DNA of 64,000 bases from the human T2T-CHM13v2.0 reference genome, Homo sapiens. The position numbers were made by a program, and so were the translations under genes. The stretch lies in the NCBI RefSeq assembly GCF_009914755.1, contig NC_060934.1; one strand, given 5' to 3'. The notes under the pieces are model-generated. The model saw only the letters and a list, made by a program, of their open reading frames with translations. It had not been told where the DNA came from and did no database searches. Below are positions 53,415 through 64,000 of this stretch, piece by piece (position 1 is the first letter of the stretch; each line of letters begins with the position of its first letter).

Positions 53415-53648
53415 AAGATAGTTCCAATTTATGGTGGTTTGACTTATGAGTTTTTGACTTTCTGATGGGTTTATGGGGAAGAATGCCTATCATAACTTAA
53501 GGAGCATCTGGACTTAATAAAAATTTGACTGACAATTGTTTAATATTATGATGGGTTTATTGAGATAGTAAATGCATTTTAAACTTTTGGTATTTTTACT
53601 TATGATAGGTTTATCAAAATGTAAACCAATTGCAAATTGAGGAGCATG
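53415..53648. mobile_element. MER47-family (Tigger) MITE in L1 ORF2
   Basis: gacttatga...gatgggtttat...ggagcatctggactta...tgaggagcatg; TA on both sides. Confidence 0.75.
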
Positions 53649-53884
53649 TATAAATGCACTCATATCAGACCAACTAAATATATAAAGCCAACATTGATGG
53701 AACTGAAGGAAGAAATAGACAGCAACAAAATAATACTAGGAGACTTCAATATCCCCACTTTCAACCACAGATAGAACAACTAGACAGATCAAACAAAGAC
53801 AAATCAACAAAGAAATAGCTGATTTGAGCAACACTATAGACCAAATGGACCTCACAGACATATACAGAATGTTCTGCCCAATAG

Positions 53885-54096
53885 AAGTAGAATACCTATT
53901 CTTCTCAAGTGCACATGGAGTATTCTCTGAGATAGATCACATGTTAGGTCACAAAACAAGTCTTAACAAATTTTAAAATATTTAAATAATAAGTAGAATA
54001 TCCATTCTTCTCAAATGCACATGGAGTATTCTCTAGGATAGATCAGATGCTAAGTCACAAAGCAAGTCTTAACAAATTTTAATATATTGAAATAAT
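53885..54096 (+). repeat. 106-bp tandem duplication in the L1 endonuclease region
   Basis: Copies at 53885-53990 and 53991-54096; 11 mismatches by my count. Confidence 0.95.
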
Positions 54097-54225
54097 AGGT
54101 ATCTTTTTTGAAGAAATTAAGTGAACTCAGGAATCAATAGCTGAATGAAAACTGAAAAATTCATAAATATGTGGAAACTAAACAATGTACTTTTGATCAA
54201 AATTGGGTCAAAGAAAATAATCAGA

Positions 54226-54340
54226 GGTGATGCAGTGGCATGTGCCTGTAGTCCAAGCTACTTGGGAGGCTGAAGCAGGAGGATCACTCAAGTTCAAGGG
54301 TTCAAGACCAGCCTAGGCAATATAGCAATATTTTTTCTCT

Positions 54341-54396
<56 letters not shown>
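54226..54396 (+). mobile_element. FLAM_A-like monomer with a (CA)26 tail microsatellite
   Basis: gtgcctgtagtccaagctacttgggagg...ggatcac...agaccagcctaggcaatatagc; perfect CA repeat at 54345-54396. Confidence 0.88.
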
Positions 54397-54400
<4 letters not shown>

Positions 54401-54977
54401 CTTTTTTTAAGTAATAAGGAAATTAGAAAATACCCTGAGACTAACAAAAATAAAAATATTGCAGAAAAAAATGTACAGAACAAAAGTAGTACTAGGAAGG
54501 ACATTTATAGTGATAAATGCCTATATTAAAAAAGAAGACCTCAAATAAGTACCCTAATTTTACACTTCAGGAAACTAGCAGAAGAAGAAGAAACTAAGAA
54601 TGAAGTTGGCAGAAAGAAGGAAAGAATAAAGATTAGAGTGTAAATTTAAAAAATAAAAACTAGATAACAGAAAAAATTCTGTGAAACTAAGAGTTGGTTT
54701 ATGAAAAGCTAAGAAAAATTGACAAACTTTTAGACTAACAAAAAAGGAACAACTCAAATAAAATCAGAATGAAAGAGGAAAAACAGAAATTGATGCCACA
54801 GAAATAAAAAGGATCATACTACTGTGAATAATTATACGCTAACAAATTGGATAACCTTGAAGAAATGGATAAATTCCTAGAAACATAAAACTTACTAAGA
54901 TTGAATCATGATGGAATAGAAAGTCTAAATAGACCTTTAACTAGTAAGGAGATAGAAGAAGTAATTAAAAACCTCTC

Positions 54978-55332
<355 letters not shown>

Positions 55333-55442
55333 CTATCAAACATTAAAAGAAGAATTAACCCCAATCTTACTCAAATTCTTTCCAAACAAAGGAAGAGTAA
55401 GGAACATTTCTAAAGTAGTTTTGTGAAGCCAGCATTACCACG

Positions 55443-55817
55443 TGTATTAGTCCGTTCTTACGCTGCTATAAAGAACTGCCCGAGACTGGGTAATTTATAA
55501 AGGAAAGAGGTTTAATTGACTCACAGTTCCACATGGCTGGGGAGGCCTCAGGAAACTTAGAATCATGGCAGAAAGGGAAGCAAACACATCCTTCTTCACA
55601 TGGTGGCAGGAGAGAGAAGTGCTGAGCAAAGGGGGGAAGCCCCTTATAATGCCATCAGATCTCATGATAACTCACGTGCTATCATGAGAACAGCAGCACG
55701 TGGGTAACCGCCTCCATGATTCAATTACCTCCCACAGAGTCCTTCCCAGGACACACGGTGATTATGGAACTACAATTCAAGATGAAATTTGGGTGGGAAC
55801 ACAGCCAAACCATATCA
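55443..55817 (-). mobile_element. THE1 (THE1C-like) solo LTR
   Basis: tgtattagtccgttc...gagactgggtaatttataaaggaaagagg...cacagccaaaccatatca; flanks ccacg/ccctg in L1 attaccctgata. Confidence 0.93.
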
Positions 55818-56396
55818 CCCTGATAACAAAACCAGACACAAAAAGGAAATTATAGCCCAATATCTCTGGTGAACATAGATTCAAAAATCCTCATCAAAAC
55901 ATTAGTAAACAAAATTCAACAGCAGATTACAAGGATCATACACCCCGACCAAGTTAGATGGGATGCAAGGGTGGTTAAACACGTGCAAATCAATTAATGT
56001 GACACACCACTTCAACAGAATGAAGGCTAAAATCACGTGATCTTCTCAATAAATACAGAAAAGGCATTTGATAAAATTCAACACCCTTTCATGACAAAAA
56101 TTCTCAACAAACTAGGAATAGACAGAAATTGCCTCAACATTATAAAGGACCTACATGAAAAGCCCCCAGCTAACATAATACTCAAAGGTGAAAAGTTGAA
56201 GGCCTTTACTCTAAGATCAGGAATAGAGAAGAATGCCTATTCTCACCACTTCTATTCAACATAGTACTGGAATTCCTATCCAAAGCAACTAGGCAAGAAG
56301 AAGAAATAAAAGACACCAAAATAAGAAATGAAGATGTAAAATTGTCCCTGTTTGCAGATGACATGATTTTATTTACAGAAAACCCTAAGTACACTA

Positions 56397-56467
56397 TTAT
56401 GTTGGTGCAAAAGTAATTGTGGTTTTTGCCATTGGCAAACACCGCAATTACTTTTGCACTGAACTAA
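56397..56467. mobile_element. MADE1 MITE with a shortened spacer
   Basis: ttatgttggtgcaaaagtaattgtggtttttgccattggcaaacaccgcaattacttttgcactgaactaa; TA TSD; just after the RT FADD motif. Confidence 0.95.
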
Positions 56468-57585
56468 TACAAAAACCTGTCAGAACATAAATGAATTCAG
56501 TAAAATTATGGAATAAAAAACAACATAAAAAACCAGTTACAATTCTATATGCTCACAAAATACTATCCAAAAATAATACTTAGGAATAAACTTAACTAAG
56601 AAAGTAAAAGACTATTAAACTGAAAATTATCAAACATTGATAAAAGAAATTTTGAAACTCATGAGCAAAAGGAAAGATAACCTATATTCATGGATTGGAG
56701 GACTTAATATTGTTAAAATGTCCACTCTTTCCAAAGTAATCTCTAAATTTAATGCAATTCCTATCAAAATTCTTGGGGTATATTTTTACAAAATAGGATA
56801 AAAGACACTAAAATTCATATGGAACCAAAAAAGACTCTGAACAGACAAAACAACCTTGAGCAAGAAGAACAAATCTGGAGACATCACACTTCCTAATTTA
56901 AAAATATATTACAATTCTATAGTAATTAAAACTTTGTGGTACTGGGCATAAGGACAGACATATAGACTGATAGAATAGATTAAAGAGACCAGAAATCAGT
57001 CTGCACGTTTTTGGTCAACTGATCTTCAACAAGAGTGTAAGAATATACAATGAGTAAAGAATATTCTCTTCAACAAATTTTGTTCGGGAAACTAAATATC
57101 CACGTGCAAAAGGATGAAATTGTCCTGTTATATCACACACAAAATTATCTTTAAATGGATTAAAGATTTAAACATAAGACCTGAAACCATAAACTTCCAG
57201 AAGAAAACATGAAAAAAAGCTTGATGATGTTGGTCTTTGCAATGATTGCATAGATCTAACCCTAAAAGCACAAGGTAGCAAGCAAAAATTGATTAGTTGG
57301 ACTGCATCAAACCAAAAAGTCTGTACATACCAAAGGAAACACTCCATATTTAAAATGTCAACTTTTTGAATGGGAAAAAAATATTTTTAAACCATTTATC
57401 AGATAAGAAGTTAATTTCCAAAATTCATAAGAAATTCTCACAACTCAATAACAAAAATAAAAAAAAATGGGTTATAGACTTGAATAGACATTTCTCCCAA
57501 GAAGACATACAAATGGCCAACAGGCATATGAAAAAAATGCTCAATATCACTAATAACCAAGGAAAGGTGAATTGAAACCATGAGA

Positions 57586-57697
57586 TAATTATAATATATT
57601 ATAATATATTACATATATATTACAATATATGTGTAGTATATTATAATATATTACACATATAATATATGTGTAATATATTATAATATATATGTAATAT
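57586..57697. repeat. AT-rich low-complexity tract with a perfect 24-bp inverted repeat
   Basis: tatattataatatattacacatat-aat-atatgtgtaatatattataatata at 57637-57687. Confidence 0.9.
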
Positions 57698-59691
57698 CCT
57701 ATTTTGTATTACCTCACACTGTTAGGATGGCTATTATCAAACATCAAAATACTAAAGTGTTGACAAAGGTGCTGAGAAATTGGAACCCCTTGTACGTATT
57801 TGGTGGGAATGCTAAATAGTGAAGTCAATATGGAAAATATAGGGATTCTTCGAAAAATTAAAAATAGAATAAATCTGATCCAGCAAACCCACTTCTGCAT
57901 ACATATCTCAAAGAATGGAAATCAGAATCTTGAGGATATATTAGCACTCCAATGTTCATTAAAGAACTATTTACAATAGCCAAGATGTAGAAACAACCTA
58001 AATGTCTGCTGAAGGATGAATGGATAAAGAAAGTGTGGTGTATAAATACTGTGGTATATTATTTAGCCTTAAAAAGGAAAGAAATACTGAAAATGTTACA
58101 ACATGGAGAAATCTTGAGGATATTATGCCAAGTGAAATAAGCCAGTCACAAAAGAACAAATACTGCATGATTATAATATATAAGGCATCTCATAGAGTCA
58201 AACTCATAGAATCAGAGAGTAGAATAGTGCTTGCCAGGGGCAGGGGGAGGGGAACATGGGAATTGCTAATTAATGGGCATAAAGTGTCAATTACGCAAGA
58301 TGAATAAATTCTAGAGATCTGCTGTAGAGCATTATCTCTATAATTAACAATGTGTATTACACATGTAAAATTTGTTAAGATGGTAGATCTCACATTAAGT
58401 GTTACTACCACAATAAAATAAAATAAGGTAAAATAAAATAAAAAGAAGAAGAAAGACAAAGATATTGGCTTAGTTTTATAATAACTATCTGGTTATATAA
58501 AATTTGTGTTTTTACTCCTTATCTGAGAATAAAAATGATAGGTAACAAAAAAGTTGGTATTCAATTCCTAAAGACATGATAAGAGACTACCTACGTGGGC
58601 AAAATTAAAACGTATCCTTTCTTCCTGTTGTTTCTTCCAATTTAAATTAGACAATTGTTGGATCCATGAATTTAGTCATCGGAGTCACAGAATGGTGAGG
58701 AATTTTATTGACTGTTTAAAGAAGAATTGACTATATTGGAAGACAATAGAAATGGAAAAATATGACACCACAAAACAACATGCTTTAGAAACACAGTTTC
58801 CAACTTCAGTTTTCAGTCACATCACTGATTATCAAAGACAAGTTGCCAGATAAATTTTACTTTATTAATGGCCTACAGGTAATACAGTGAGTAAAATAAA
58901 ATTGCAATAGATTTGCCAATTTTCCTTTAAAAATTGATACAGTTTTCCAGCACCGTTTCTCCAGTGCTAACTCTGTACCTGCATTCTAAGTCTATACCCA
59001 TTTTCCAGATTCAACTCCAGAAGCTTTTTGAAGGTCAGGGGTCTAATCAAACTGGTTCATGGTAAGAACCAAGCTAAGCATGACAGAAAGCCTCTGTCCA
59101 CATCAAAATGACACCTCAATGTAGTTTAGATGAGTAATTTGAAAAGAAAAAACCAGAAAAGCAGTCATGATTAGCCAACAGTAATAGCTGCATTTGTCAA
59201 AAATATGAGAGATACTTTGTGGCTCTACCATAGCGGTCTGTATAGTTTTCATTATTTAACCTCTCTGGTTTTATTTTTGTGTGTTAGGCCAATGAGCCAT
59301 TTTTTTCTGTTATGCCATTATGAAGATCTAATTTGAGCACAAGAAGTTGTGAAACATTAATACTGGCTCATTATGAGCAAAGAAGGACTTTTGCAGGGAA
59401 ATCCACTGTCATGAGGTTTCACTAGCTTCGACTCATGGAGCACCAAATTAATTTCAACAGAATGTTGGAGAACCAGTGCTTTCAGTCAAGGGTTATCAAT
59501 GTGCTGAAAAAGCAAATAAACTAACAAGTCTGTAAATTCCATGTTGGATTAAAAAAATTCCTGAGTAGATTAAAAAGTCTAGAGCAAGATGCATACTAAT
59601 TGAGAAATTAGACTAGAGAAGAAATTGAATGGAGAAGTCCTGAAGAATAATAAGCCAAAAAGTGTATTCTTTTACTTGTGTTTGCTTTTAA

Positions 59692-60020
59692 CTGAGTACT
59701 TATTGAGTTGCTCTTACTATGAGTGAAACATTATGCGAAGGGACATAGAAAATACAAGAAACTAGAAGAGGATTGTGATTCTCTAGGAGTTTACAGTTAA
59801 CTATTCAAGAATCAAAAAATTTTGTTTAAGAAAACACCAGAAAAGACCCTATAAATCAGTATATAATTGTCAAATAAATAGTATCATAAATGAATGCCTA
59901 GGAATTCAGATATGAGTTGACTCAGACAAGGGAAGGTTTTATAGAGAACATAAGATTTGAACTGGGGCTTACAGAGCTGCTAAACTCTGAAGAGGCAGGG
60001 AGGGCCTTCTTGGGATAAAG
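59692..60020 (-). mobile_element. L2 3' fragment
   Basis: gtacttattgagttgctcttactatgagtg...ctaggagtttacagt...agatttgaactggggctt. Confidence 0.6.
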
Positions 60021-60383
60021 AAAATCCAGTTACTTAATCTGAGCTTTCACAACAGCATCATTTAACAGGTTAGATCTTGCAGAACTGAGTTGCTTAGGGA
60101 AAGTCATGTTTCTGCTTTCAGATTTAAAAAAAAAATTCTGCCTGGGACCAAAAGCAGAGGGGAGTCATCTGTTTAGTCGTTTTCCCTTTTTTTGGTGCAA
60201 ATACCATTTTGTGGACGATCTCTATGGATGAGAACTGGCAGAATTTAATAAATACATCACCCGTGTTTTTATCACAATATATTACAATGTGTTATGCTAT
60301 GTTGTGTTGTATAATTTATGTTTCATGACCTTTTGTCTCAATACCTTGTGAATTGTATCACCGACGTTATAAAAGCAATGCAA

Positions 60384-60525
60384 AGCCAGGTACAGTGGCA
60401 TACACCTGTAATCCCAGCTACTCAGGAGGCTGAGGCTGGAGGATCACTTGAGGCCAGGAGTTTGAGACCAGCCTGGGCAACATAGCAAGACCTAGCTCTA
60501 AAATATAAAATAAAACACAATAAAA
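60384..60525 (+). mobile_element. FLAM_A-like monomer
   Basis: cctgtaatcccagctactcaggaggctgagg...ggatcacttgaggccaggagtttgagaccagcc; TSD taaaagcaatgca / taacaacaatgca. Confidence 0.88.
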
Positions 60526-60662
60526 TAACAACAATGCAGTCTGTACTCCGCAAAAGGCCAGCCTGAAATGGAGGTATAAATGGAGGAATATTACAAGGCC
60601 TTCATTTATCCAAGTTACCCTTCACGGCACTCCAAATTTTTGCCATTAAGTTTGAATTACAA

Positions 60663-60986
60663 CAGAGGTTTGCAAATTTCTACCCACGGTCCATATGCAG
60701 CCCAGTTTCTGTTGTTGTTGTTGTTTTGTTTTGTTTTGTTTTTTTACAGCCTGTAATCTAAAAATGTTTTTAAAAGTTTTAAGTGGCTGAAAAAAAAATC
60801 AAGAGAAGAACATTTTGTGACACAGGAAAATTCTATGAAATCCAAATTTCATGGTCCATACATATATTCGTGGAGACTTATGTGTCACAACCACAGAGTT
60901 CATTAGTTGCACAGAAACAGTATAGCCCACAAAATATCAAATATTTACTCTTTGGCCTTCACAGAAAAAAATGGTCAATTCCCAGG
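60663..60986 (+). mobile_element. MER58B-like hAT-Charlie MITE
   Basis: cagaggtttgcaaa...aaaatcaagagaagaacattttgtgacac...aaatatttactctttggccttcacagaaaaaa. Confidence 0.8.
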
Positions 60987-61413
60987 TTAGAGGATGGTGG
61001 TTTTTGAAAGGTCACAGTTGAATATGCTGCCTAGAGAGGTGCTGAGCTAGGAGAACTATTACCACATTAGCACCCATGCTGAGATTTCCCTGAATTTATT
61101 TAGGAGTGGAGGTGGCTGTGCTAGGCATCAGTGGCCTTCTCCACCTTTCCCTTCAGCCCTGATGCTTTCACCATAATTTACCATGTAGTTTGAAAGTTGA
61201 AGGTATCAGAACCAACTTCCAATCAGCCCACAATTCCCCACCTCCCCTTCTATGTCTCAGGACTTGGCCCCTCCTGGATCATATGATCAAAACCTTTCAA
61301 CTTTCCAGATTTCCCCTGGGATTGTCCTTACCTGCTACTCCTCCCTGGAAAAGTCTCTCTTCTCCAATTTTTTTTTTTCACCCTGAGAAAGGTTGAAGCA
61401 TGAAAACCCTAGA

Positions 61414-63024
61414 CCAAGCATTCTCAACGACTGGTCCATGGATCCCTGGGAGTCTCTGAAATCCTGGCATGAGGTGAAGCTATTTGCACAGTGATACCAA
61501 GATGTATCTTTCACTGTGTATCTTTGCACTGATGATACAAAAGCAAAGGTGGGCAAAACTACAGGAGCCTGAGTCAGACACCACGCTCTATTAGCAGTCT
61601 TCTTCCCCAGCACACATCTCAGTGGCAGGGGTAGGGGGCAGTTTCTCTGGGTAAAGAATATCCTGGGTGAAGTATTAATTTTTAAAAATATCAACACTTA
61701 AGTTAGTGTATTTGTAATATTCTGTGTGATAAAATGGGCTTTTACACACTTCTGCCACCACTGAAGTATGGGTGATATCCCCAGGAAAAGCACCTGTGTG
61801 ATTGTTAGAATGACAAGCTGACTCAATGCTCTATGTATCTTTTTATTTGAAAGAATGCCTGACAGACTAAATACGGTTTTGCATACATGGATATTTGGCA
61901 GACATTTTCTTGAAGATGAACAAGAATCTGTCACTTCAAGGAAAACAACTGATAGTGTTTGTTGCCTGTGATAAAATTTGAGCTTTTTGAATAAAAATTG
62001 GAATTTTTAAAAACTTGTATTCACCACCAGGATCTTAACAGCTTCTTGATACTTCAAGACTTTTCTGTCAATATCCGTGATGATATTAATGAGTGTGATT
62101 TTTTATATTACATAATGAAATGTGTTAACATCTGAAAGAGCTGCATAACTTAGCAAACTGATATATTTTCCTTATGACCAATACCACAAGCCATGCATAG
62201 GTAAAATATTCTTTCAAAGTGCATGACCAAAAGATTGTGATGTAAAAACAGATATAAAAATTGCATTGATGTGTTTCAGATTACATATTATGACTAACTT
62301 TTAGGAACTACCATTTCTCAAGTTTTATTGTATTACTGAAGAATAGCCATAATTATTGGAAAGACTATTAAAATATCAGCCCTCATTTTCTAACCCCATA
62401 TCTTTGTAAGACCAAATTTTAATATACTGTACTTCAACTCAAACTGCATATCACAACAGATTGAATGCAGAAGCAGATATGAGAATTCAGCTTTTTCCTA
62501 TTAAGTATATAAAAAAAAAAGTCATACATTAAAAAGAGTCGCGGCCGGGCACGGTGGCTCACGCCTGTAATCCCAGCACTTTGGGAGGCCTACGTGGGCG
62601 GATCACGAGGTCAGGAGATCAAGACCATCCTGGCTAGCATGATGAAACCCCGTCTCTACTAAAAATACAAAAACTTAGTCGGGCGTGGTGGCGGGCACCT
62701 GTAGTCCCCGCTACTCGGGAGGCTGAGGCAGGAGAATGGCGCCAACCCAGTAGGCGGAGCTTGCAGTGAGCAACAGAGCAAGACTCCGTCAAAAAAAAAG
62801 AGAGTCACAAAAATGTAAAACAATGCCGTTTTCTACTTTTTTGTTTCAAAAAATGTAGTTATTTATAAAATGTTACCTACATTAATATATTTATTATTGG
62901 GGGCTTAGCACTGTCATTTCTATGTAAATAAATATTTAAAATTTTTCTATCTTAATTTCTAATACCGTAAATAGTGACAACTGTAACTCACATAAGCAAA
63001 AGCTCTTTAGGGTCCTCAGTCATA
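61414..63024 (+). mobile_element. Charlie1a-like hAT transposon with a decayed transposase
   Basis: From 61889 reads GYLADIFLKMNKNLSLQGKQLIVFVACDKI*, a hAT/Buster-like motif; split by AluY and cut by L1PA. Confidence 0.8.
62543..62799 (+). mobile_element. AluY with a ~30-nt right-arm deletion
   Basis: gcagtgagc|aacagagc; flanks agagtcgc/agagtcac. Confidence 0.95.
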
Positions 63025-63029
63025 TGAAA

Positions 63030-64000
63030 TTTTTTTTTAACTTTTAGTTTAAATCCAGGGGTACATGGGCAGTTTTGTTACATAGATAAACTTGCATTTT
63101 TACAGGGGTTTGTTGTACAGATTATTTCATCACCCAGGTATTAAGCCTAGTACACATTAGTTATTTTCCCTATTCCTCTCCTTCCTCCCATCCTCCACCC
63201 TTCAATAGGCCCCAGTGTGTGTTCTCCCCCTCTTTGTGTCTGTGTGGTCTCATTATTTAGCTCCCACTTGTAACTAAGAACATATGATATTTGGTTTTCT
63301 GTTCCTGTGTTAGTTTGTTAAGGATAAGGGCCTCCAGTTACATCCACGTCCCTGCAAAGGACATGACCTCATTCTTTTTTATGACTGCATAGTATTCCAC
63401 AGTGTATATGTATCACATTTTCTTTATCCAGTCTATCATTGATGAGCATGTAGGTTGATTCCATGTCTTTGCTATTGTGAATAGTGCTGCAATGAACATA
63501 TGCATGCATGTGTCTTTATAACAGAATTCTTCCACATAGTTGAACTAATTTACACTCTCACCAACAGTGCATAAGCATTTCTTTTCTTCCAAAATCTTAC
63601 CAGCATTTGCTGTCTTTTGACTTTTTAACAATAGCCATTCTGACTGGTATGAGATGGTATCTCATTCTGGTTTTGATTTACATTTCTCTAATGATCAGTG
63701 ATGTTGAGCTTCTTTCCATATGCTTGGCCACATGTATGTCTGCTTTTGAAAAGTGTCTGTTCATGTCCTTTGCCCATTTTTTAATGGGATTGTTTTTTTC
63801 TTTAAATTTGTTTAAGTTTCTTGTAGATGCTGGATATTATTAGACCCTTATCAGATGCATAGTTTGCGAAAATGTTCTCCCATTCTGTAGGTTGTATGTT
63901 TTCTCTCCTGATAGTTTTCTTTGCTGTGCAGAAGCTCTTTAGTTTAATTAGATATTATTTGTCAATTTTTGATTTTGTCACAATTGCTTTTGGCATCTCC
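63030..64000 (-). mobile_element. L1PA13-like 3' end (runs off the window)
   Basis: Poly(T); ttgtacagattatttcatcacccaggtattaagcctagtac; internal deletion near 63528. Confidence 0.9.

Noticed and set aside
59300-59530. Unique segment with coding-like texture
   Set aside because: The plus-strand frames I translated are short and unrecognisable, with no convincing splice sites
61889-61990. hAT transposase-like peptide (ZBED/Buster-like)
   Set aside because: Stops and frameshifts; a decayed Charlie1a, not a domesticated gene

Overview
Primate (very probably human) AT-rich, non-coding DNA, intergenic or deep intronic. I can support no protein-coding gene. Every ORF I recognise is a translated repeat: Alu pseudo-ORFs, L1 ORF1p/ORF2p remnants and a hAT transposase remnant. 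Roughly half or more of the window is interspersed repeat: about 14 dimeric or truncated Alus, 5 fossil Alu monomers (FLAM/FRAM), several L1s including a near full-length ancient L1M at 50.7-58.4 kb, L2/MIR/L4 relics, solo LTRs (LTR2, THE1, MER21, MLT1, LTR16-like, LTR55-like) and DNA transposons (2 MADE1, MER94, MER96, MER5, MER47, MER58, Charlie1a). Family names come from my recall of consensus sequences, not from a search. The most notable structures are: (1) an Alu-5'/L1-3' chimeric retro-insertion bounded by one target-site duplication (TSD) and later hit by a HERV-E solo LTR2 (18.7-20.75 kb); (2) a well-formed 150-nt non-coding cassette-exon candidate in unique DNA (7486-7635); (3) two MADE1 hairpins of the miR-548 type; (4) tandem ~230-bp monomers in the 5'UTR of the ancient L1; (5) two AT-rich palindromes. 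I see no evidence of a new multi-gene system, and I could not identify the locus.
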